From assembly GCA_944387505.1 (NCBI GenBank), contig CALXFG010000003.1:751-64750 (forward strand): a stretch of 64,000 nucleotides of DNA, read 5' to 3'. Source of the stretch: an uncultured Clostridia bacterium (lineage in GTDB: Bacteria > Bacillota > Clostridia > TANB77 > CAG-508). Shown here piece after piece: positions 17,690 to 26,000 of the stretch. Both the position numbers and the translations under genes were made by a program. Below the pieces are notes generated by a model that did not search any database, was not told the DNA's origin, and saw only the letters and a program-made list of their open reading frames with translations. The first letter of the stretch is position 1. Each line of letters opens with the position of its first letter.

Positions 17690-17851
17690 TTATTCGATGG
17701 TTGAATTATTGGATTGGTTGAGGTTAGTTACTGGACTGACTTCAACCTTTTCTTTGTTTATGAACAACTGATATCCGAAAATGCCAATTGTTCCAACCAG
17801 TATTGCTAAACAAAGAAACATGAATCCAATGCTTATGTACTTGTTTTCCAT
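17690..17851 (-). CDS. Small hydrophobic protein (53 aa), candidate type I toxin
   Basis: SD GGAGGTG before ATG 17851. One TM, ISIGFMFLCLAILVGTIGIFGY. The terminator stem 17672-17695 overlaps the stop. Confidence 0.6.
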   Translation of the reverse strand: MENKYISIGFMFLCLAILVGTIGIFGYQLFINKEKVEVSPVTNLNQSNNSTIE

Positions 17852-17987
17852 AAAGCACCTCCTTCTTTCGTATTTACACCTTGCAGTCAAAAGAAAGCCA
17901 GGTGCATAAAATAATATTCAAGTTAGACATAGAAATTAAATACTAATCTATGCACCTAACTTTGAAGGAGATATTCAACTGTTCATT

Positions 17988-18017
17988 ACTATATCAAAAA
18001 TTAGACTATCTAGTCAA
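17988..18017 (-). promoter_or_regulatory. Minus-strand promoter (TTGACT-18-TATAGT) for the small hydrophobic ORF
   Basis: The reverse complement of 18012-18017 is TTGACT, and of 17988-17993 is TATAGT. This implies a ~130-nt 5' UTR. Confidence 0.5.
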
Positions 18018-18224
18018 TACTTTAATCGACATAAAAACAAATAAATTTACTAAAAAATGCGGGCTGTTTTTATATGACAATATAATATATTAGTTTGAAT
18101 ATATTATATTATTAATTAGAATCAGATAAAATTTTCGTATAAGAAAATAGCACTTTTCCACCATAGTGAACGAAATGTATGTTATATAGAAATCTGGACA
18201 TACTAAAGTCAAAGGTGGAAATGT

Positions 18225-18426
18225 ATGAGAATAGAGATTTTACTAAGACAAATTAGAAAAGAAAAACGGATATAGTCTAGAACAATTAGCAAAAATGACA
18301 GGAATTTCAAAATCACATCTTAATTATATCGAAAAAGGAGAAAAAGAACCGTCATTGTCGATGGCTGTAAGAATAGCACAAGCATTAAATATAAAAATAG
18401 AAGAATTATATAAAGTAATACCATAG
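18225..18426 (+). pseudogene. XRE-family HTH regulator with a 1-nt frameshift in an A5 run
   Basis: MRIEILLRQIRKEK(stop at 18273) continues in the +1 frame from 18268 as GYSLEQLAKMTGISKSHLNYIEKGEKEPSLSMAVRIAQALNIKIEELYKVIP. Confidence 0.75.
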
Positions 18427-18547
18427 CACAATTTTAGTGCTATTTTATTTTTTGTAAATGAAAATGACACTTTCGTAAAATATCCACCATAGTGAACAAG
18501 GTTTATTATATCTATACCTTAAAGAGAAATGAAGAGGAGATAGATAT

Positions 18548-18685
18548 ATGAAAGATGTAGTATTAGATGAAGTAAAAAAAGAATTAAATTGGAGAGAAAG
18601 GATTATAGTAAAAATATTTAGTAATTTATTTTATTATGTTTATAGAAAAGGTATGATGGATTGCTTCAAATATTATAATAAATAG
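18548..18685 (+). CDS. Small hypothetical protein (45 aa)
   Basis: SD GAGGAG upstream of ATG 18548. Preceded by a copy of the same CCACCATAGTGAAC promoter-like repeat as the XRE gene. Confidence 0.4.
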   Translation: MKDVVLDEVKKELNWRERIIVKIFSNLFYYVYRKGMMDCFKYYNK

Positions 18686-18795
18686 TACTTTTTTTTATTA
18701 ACATCTGGTAAAGTGATGTCTAAATCAAATTGTTTTCCCCCAGATATAACACCATCAACATCCAAAATTTGACATGGCTTTTTATTATACTCCAT
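18673..18795 (-). pseudogene. Possible N-terminal remnant of a HAD (KdsC-like) phosphatase
   Basis: 40-codon ORF MEYNKKPCQILDVDGVISGGKQF... carries the HAD motif I DxDG and then terminates. Confidence 0.3.
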
Positions 18796-19028
18796 TTTAA
18801 AATCACCCTTTCTAAAGCAATTTAAGTTGCTTTATATATCATATGAAGAATTTTGTCGAAAGTGAAAGAAAAAAGAATAAAAACAAAAAAATAAAAAAAA
18901 GTTTACAATATATTTTTTTATGATATAATATAAAAGAGAGAAAATGATTATATGCAGAAAAATTTATTTGAGGTTTGAGATAAGAAAATAATTTTCTGAT
19001 ATCATAGAAAAACTAAGGAGGAAGTAAG

Positions 19029-19955
19029 ATGGGAGTATGGGAAAATTTTAAAGCAAGAAGACAAGCAAAAAAAGATGCAGAAATTAATGCAGAAATTCAA
19101 AGGATAGAAGATGAAAAAGGAAAAAGGTTAACACAAAAAGGAAGAGAAAAAGTAACTAAAAATGTTGAAACAAAAAGAAAAAGAAGAGGAATCATAGGTG
19201 CAATTGTAGCTGTATTGGGATCAGTAGGAATTACCACCTTTGCAGGACATGCCTTATTAACAAGTGGAAATCAACCTGAGGTAGGAGATAAAACCAATAT
19301 AGAAACAGAAACTGAAAATAAAGATAATACACCAACTAGTAAAAAGGATGAATATCTAAAACAATTACAGAATATGGATTTATATGACCAGACAGGTATT
19401 TCAAAAAATACCATCAGCAATACAGAGATTATTGATCAAATATTAGAAGCATATAATGAAAATTTATCAGAAGACAATAAGGAACAAATTGATGAAAATG
19501 ATTTAGGAATTATTTACCAAAATGCAGGAAGTGAAGGACAAATTATTGAAGATACATCAGGTGATGAAGTAACATATATAAAAGCGCCAAAATCAGTAGA
19601 TGAATTAGAAGATGGACAAACCCATGTAGATGATCAAATAAAAGGTGGATATTATTTAGTAAATAAAGAAAATGATGAAACAGTTACAGCTGTAATCGAA
19701 AAGGCAGATGGATATTATGAAATTAGAGCAGATTATGTAAGCATTAAAGATGCAAATGGTAATGAAACTGTATACACACGAAATCCAGATACCTATGTTG
19801 ATTTAGAGAATTTATTTGATGAACAATTAAAAAGTGGAGAAATCAGTTTGGATACAATAGGAGGAGCTTTTGAAAACTATTATGGTGAAAGGATAGATAA
19901 TTTAACAAGTAAAAATAATGAAAGTAAAACAAATGATGATGAATTAGAATTTTAA
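19029..19955 (+). CDS. Membrane-anchored acidic hypothetical protein
   Basis: SD AAGGAGG. Basic N-terminus, TM IIGAIVAVLGSVGITTFAG, then an acidic extracellular region. Upstream of the giant glucan-synthase-like gene. Confidence 0.7.
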   Translation: MGVWENFKARRQAKKDAEINAEIQRIEDEKGKRLTQKGREKVTKNVETKRKRRGIIGAIVAVLGSVGITTFAGHALLTSGNQPEVGDKTNIETETENKDNTPTSKKDEYLKQLQNMDLYDQTGISKNTISNTEIIDQILEAYNENLSEDNKEQIDENDLGIIYQNAGSEGQIIEDTSGDEVTYIKAPKSVDELEDGQTHVDDQIKGGYYLVNKENDETVTAVIEKADGYYEIRADYVSIKDANGNETVYTRNPDTYVDLENLFDEQLKSGEISLDTIGGAFENYYGERIDNLTSKNNESKTNDDELEF

Positions 19956-20061
19956 ATAAAAAGCCCAAAATTCTATACAATAAAAAATAACAGAAGAGTA
20001 TAAAAAATCCACTCTTTGCAAACAATATGTGTAAAACATATTTGCAAGGAGTGGAATTTTT

Positions 20062-23000
20062 TTGAAAACAAATAAAATATTAAAAATTGATGGAACAATA
20101 TTAGACAAAAAGCAATTAGAAAACCATTTACAAAAAATAGCATCAAACCATAACTTAATCAACAAACCATCAAAAGAAACATATCCAATTCCGCAATTAA
20201 TCGAAAATTATGAAACGATAAAAATGGTATATAACTTATTGAATGAACATGTAAAATTAGGAATGAATACACATCCAGCAGGTGAATGGTTGCTAGATAA
20301 TTTCTATATTATAGAAGAAACCGTAAAACAAATCCAAAAAGAATTAACACTAAAAAAATACATGAATTTTCTAGGAATTGCGAATGGAAAATACAAAGGA
20401 TTTGCTAGAATCTATGTATTGGCAGCAGAAATTGTAGCCTATACAGATAATAAAATTGAAAAAGAAGATTTAGAAGACTATCTGGCAAGTTACCAAGAAA
20501 AAAAGACATTAAGTATGGAAGAAATTTGGAATATTGGATTGTTTCTTCAAATAGCCATTATTGAAAATATTAGAGAAATTTGTGAAAAAATATATAGTAG
20601 TCAAATACAAAAAATGAAAGCAGAAAATATTGTACGAAAACGAATGGAAACACCTAAAGACAATAAAGATAATCCTATATATCCTCTAAAAAATATCAAA
20701 AAAGATATATTAAATGACGTCAAATATCCATTTATTGAATATATGTCATATATCCTAAAACGATATGGAAAAAAAGGATATCGCTATTTAAAAATATTAG
20801 ATGAAATTGTAGAAATGACAGGAACGACCGTACAAGAAGTTATCAAAAAAGAACATTTTGATATTGCTGTTAAAAAAGTATCTATTGGCAATAGTATTAC
20901 AAGCATAAAGACCATTCAAAGAATCAATTTTTTAGAAATTTTTGAAAAAATAAATGGGGTAGAAGAAATTTTAAAACAAGACCCAGCAGATGTGTATTCT
21001 AAAATGGACAATCCGACAAAAGAGAGTTATAGAAACAGCATTAAAGAAATATCGAAAAAAACAAAAATATCAGAAATTTATATAGCTAAAAAGATTTTAC
21101 AATTGGCAAAAGAAAATGAAAACAATGGAAAAAAAGCACATATAGGATATTATATCATTGATAAAGGAATTGACAAAGTTTATCAAGAATTACAGTGTAA
21201 AGCACCAAAACATATGGGAGAAAAAACAAAGCAAAAACTGTATATTACAAGCAATATCATTTTATCAATTGTATTGTCACTTGCATTTAGTAGTATTTTA
21301 AATCTATATACAAAAAATTTAGGAATATATCTATTGAGTTTTTTCATTTTATGGATTCCATCATCAGAAATTGTCACCCAAATCATACAATATATGTTAA
21401 GTAAAGTAGTAAAACCAAAACCAATTCCTAAAATAGATTTCTCAAAAGGAATTGATGAAAAACATGCTTGTATGGTAGTGATTCCCACCATATTGAAAGA
21501 CAAAGAAAAAGTAAAAGAATTGATGTACAAATTAGAAGTGTATTATATTGCAAATAAATCCAAGAATTTGTACTTTACTTTATTAGGTGACTGCTCAGAA
21601 AGTGGCATGAAAGAAGAAAAAAGTGATCATGAAGTGATTGAAGCAGGAATCCAATTAGCGGAAAACTTGAATAAAAAATATGCAACAGAAAATGCTTTTC
21701 CGATTTTTCATTTTATTTATAGAAAAAGAGAATGGAATGAAAAAGAAAATTGCTATTTAGGATGGGAAAGAAAAAGGGGAATGCTGACACAATTTAATGA
21801 ATATTTATTAGGACATGAAGAAAATGTATTTCGTGCCAATACCATAGAAGAATACAAAGATTGCATTCCTAAAATACAATATGTGATTACCTTAGATGCA
21901 GATACAGAGCTAATTTTAAATTCTGCATTTGAATTGGTAGGAGCAATGGCACATATCTTAAATAAGCCAGTCATGGATGAAGAGAAAAATGTTGTCATAG
22001 AAGGTCATGGAATCATTCAACCAAGAATAGGAATCAATTTAGATATTTCATATAAAACGATATTTACACAAATATTTGCAGGAGCAGGGGGGATAGACTC
22101 TTATACAAATGCGATTTCTGATTTATACCAAGACAATTTTGGAGAAGGAATTTTCACAGGAAAAGGCATTTATGATTTGAAAGTATTTTCAAAAGTATTA
22201 AAAAATGCGATTCCAGAAAACACCGTATTAAGTCATGATTTATTAGAAGGATGTTATTTACGTTGTGGATTGGCAACAGACATTATGCTAATGGATGGTT
22301 ACCCTACAAAATATAATAGTTTTATGAACCGATTATCTAGATGGATAAGAGGAGATTGGCAAATTATTAGTTGGCTGAAAAGTAAAATAAATAGCAAAGT
22401 AGGAGACATACCAAATCCATTAAATAATCTTTCAAAATATAAAATCTTTGATAATTTAAGAAGAAGTTTAATAGAAATAGCGGTTATCATTTCTTTGATT
22501 TTGTTTGCTATACTAGGAAAGCAATATCATTTTAAAACATATCCATTTATGGCGATAAGTCTCATCACAGTAGTCATGTCTTATATATTAGAAATTTTTA
22601 ACACTATGTTAGTAAAAAAAGAAGGGGAGCATAAGCAAAAAAAATTCTCTCCTAGAATATCAGGATATAAAGGAATTGGTTTAAGAATCTTAATAACCAT
22701 AGGCGTATTACCATATAAAGCATATATGTCCTTTATAGCTATAGTAAAAACATTGTATCGAAAATGGGTGAGCCACAAGAAACTATTAGAATGGATGACA
22801 TCTGAAGAGGCAGAAAAACAAGCCAAAAATGATGTGATGTCATATGTAAAACAAATGTGGTTTAATATCGCTTTGGGAATTTTAAGCCTAGGACTTGCAT
22901 TAACAAACAAAGGCTTTGGAGATTTTATTATTGAAACCATATTGGGAATTTTATGGATCGTTACACCGGTTATCATGTGGTATATTAGCAAGGAAAAGAA

Positions 23001-26000
23001 GGAACAAAAGACAATTGAAACATTAGATCAAACAGAAATAGAATATGTCCTAGAAATCGGAAGAAAAACATGGCAATTCTTTAAACAATACATCACAAAA
23101 GAAAACAATTATCTGATGCCAGACAATTACCAAGAAGATAGAAAACAAAAAATTGTTGCAAGGACATCTTCAACCAATATAGGATTGTCAATCTTAGCCA
23201 TTGTTTCAAGTTATGATTTACAATATGAAACATTACCAGATACCATAGATTTATTATATAAAGTTATAACTTCAGTGGATAGTTTGCAAAAATGGAATGG
23301 ACATTTATACAATTGGTATGATACCAAAACAAAAGAACCATTACGACCAAGATATATTTCAACAGTGGATAGTGGGAATTTCGTGGGATATTTGTATGTG
23401 ACAAAAGCCTTTTTAGAAGAAATACTAGAAACGTTACAGAACAATGATAATCAACGTTTTGAAAAAGATATGCAACATAAAAAAAACAAAGTAGAAAATG
23501 AAGAAAAAATGCTAACCTTACAAAATCAAATACGAGAAATGCTAGAAATCATTGAAAGAACCATTCATCAAACAGACTTTAGCTATTTATATAGTCAAGA
23601 ACATCAAATCTTTTCCATCGGATACAATATTGAAGAAAACAAACTAACAGATTCGTATTATGATTTATTAGCAACAGAAGCAAGACAAGCAAGTTTAGTT
23701 GCCATTGCGAAAAAAGATATTCCATCAAAACATTGGAATCATTTAAGTAGAACATTAACCGTTTTGGGAAAATATAAAGGATTAATTTCTTGGTCAGGAA
23801 CCGCATTTGAATACTTAATGCCAAATATCAATATTCCTAAATACAAAGGTAGCCTACTAGATGAATCTTGCAAATTTATGATGATGAGTCAAATGAAATA
23901 TGCAGAAGAAATGCATTTACCATTTGGAGTATCTGAATCTGCATTTAATTTAAAAGATTTACAATCTAATTATCAATATAAAGCATTTGGAATTCCTTGG
24001 CTGGGACTAAAAAGAGGGCTAGCAGATGAAATGGTGGTATCTTCTTATGGTAGTATATTAGCCATTACCGATATTCCAAAAGAAGTCGTTAAAAATTTAA
24101 AAGTATTAGAAAAATATGGTATGTATAACCAATATGGATTTTATGAGTCAATAGATTTTACACCAGAAAGAGTTAAAAAAGGAAAAGAAGCAGAAGTTGT
24201 CAAAACCTATATGGCACATCATCAGGGATTAATCTTATTATCGATTAATAACTTAATCAATCAACTGATTTTACAAAAACGATTTGTAAAAAATCCAGAA
24301 ATACAAGCAGTTACTATCCTACTTCAAGAAACCATGCCAGAAAAAGCCATTATCACAAAAGAAGATAAAGAAAAGGTAGAAAAACTAAAATACAAAGATT
24401 ATGAAGATTATATTGTAAGAAGTTATAACAAAATAGATGAAAGATTGATAACAGGAAATGTCATTTCTAATGAAAATTATATGATAGCAATGAATCAAAA
24501 AGGTGAGGGTGTTAGTCAATATAAAAATATGTATATCAATCATTTTAAGCGTACAGATGATAATACACAAGGAATGATATTTTATATCAAAAGTATTAAA
24601 AATAAACAAATCATGAGTTCAAGTTATTCACAAAATAGGGGAAATGCATATCAAATTCGATTTATGCCAGATAAGGATGAACAAGAGATAACAAGTGGAA
24701 ATATAAAAGCGAAGATAAAAACAACCGTTGCCTCAAATGAACCAGTAGAATTGAGAAGAATCCTATTAGAAAACTTAGGAAACGAAGAAGAAATTGTAGA
24801 ATTAACAGGATATTTTGAACCAATCTTAGTACCCAAAGAACGATATTATGCCCATCCAGCTTTTAATAATCTATTTTTGGTATATGAATATGATGAAAAA
24901 AGTGAAGCTTTAATTGTAAAAAGGAAGAAAAGAGAATTAGGAGAAAAAGAAATCTATTTAGCCACAACACTACATGCTAGTAGAGAAAATAGAATTGGTG
25001 ACTTAGAATATGAAATAGAAGAAGAAAAATTTATGGGAAGAGGGAATTTAACAATACCCAAAATGGTCAAAGACTCATTGCCATTTTCTAAAAAAATAGG
25101 ACTTGTAACAGAACCAGTAGTAGCATTGAAAAGAACTATCAAAATAAAAAGCCAGGAAAAAGTAGTTATTGATTTTATAGTATCTGTAGAAGAGGATAAA
25201 GAGCAAACTGTTCAAAATTTAGAAAAATATATGTCTTTCGAAAATGTAAAAAATGAATTTGACTTGTCAAAAGCCAGAGTAGAAGCAGAAACCAGATATT
25301 TAAATGTGAAAGGAAAAGATATAGAGAGTTTTCAAAAAATGTTGGCATATATTTTGTTTGACGATTCTATTAAAAGTGTAGAAAAAGAAAAAATAAAACA
25401 AATACAATCATTCAAACAAAGTGAACTATGGAAATATGGAATATCAGGAGATTTGCCAATTGTCTTGGTGAAAATGAAAAATGTAAACGATGCAGATGGA
25501 TTAAAGGAAGTTTTAAAAGCTTATGAATATTTTAGAACCAAAAATGTAGAAACAGAAATTGTCATTATAGATGAAGAAAAATATAGTTATGAAAATTATG
25601 TAAGAGAAGAAATAGAGTCAACCATATTAAACCAACACATGGGATATTTGAAAAATATAAAGGCAGGCATCTTTATACTAAATGAAGAGGAAATGGATAG
25701 ACAAGATATTACATTTTTAGAATTTATATCTGTCATCACAATTGATTGTGCAAAAGGAAATTTAGAAAATAATCTAAAAGAAATAGAAGAAACGTATTTA
25801 GAAAACTATAAAGAAATTAGTGAAGAAGAAAATACAAATCAATTTACAGAAGAAAATACAGAAGATATGGATATCTTAAAAAATACAGAAAATTTAAAAT
25901 ATTATAATGAGTATGGAGCTTTTTCAGAAGATGGAAAAGAATATTGGATATGTGTGAATAAAGGAAAAAGATTACCAACTGTCTGGTCACACATTATGGC

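Noticed and set aside
18673-18795. The FDLD motif in the 40-aa minus-strand ORF resembles the FNLD box of class I lanthipeptide leaders
   Set aside because: No Cys/Ser/Thr-rich core follows (only ...PDVNKKKYYLL), and no lanthipeptide modification genes are nearby. The DVDGV motif fits a HAD phosphatase fragment better.
17337-19028. tRNA or tmRNA gene as the prophage integration target
   Set aside because: I found no cloverleaf-compatible, GC-richer 70-90-nt segment with a T-loop GTTCRA-type motif when reading either strand. This cannot be fully excluded without tRNAscan.
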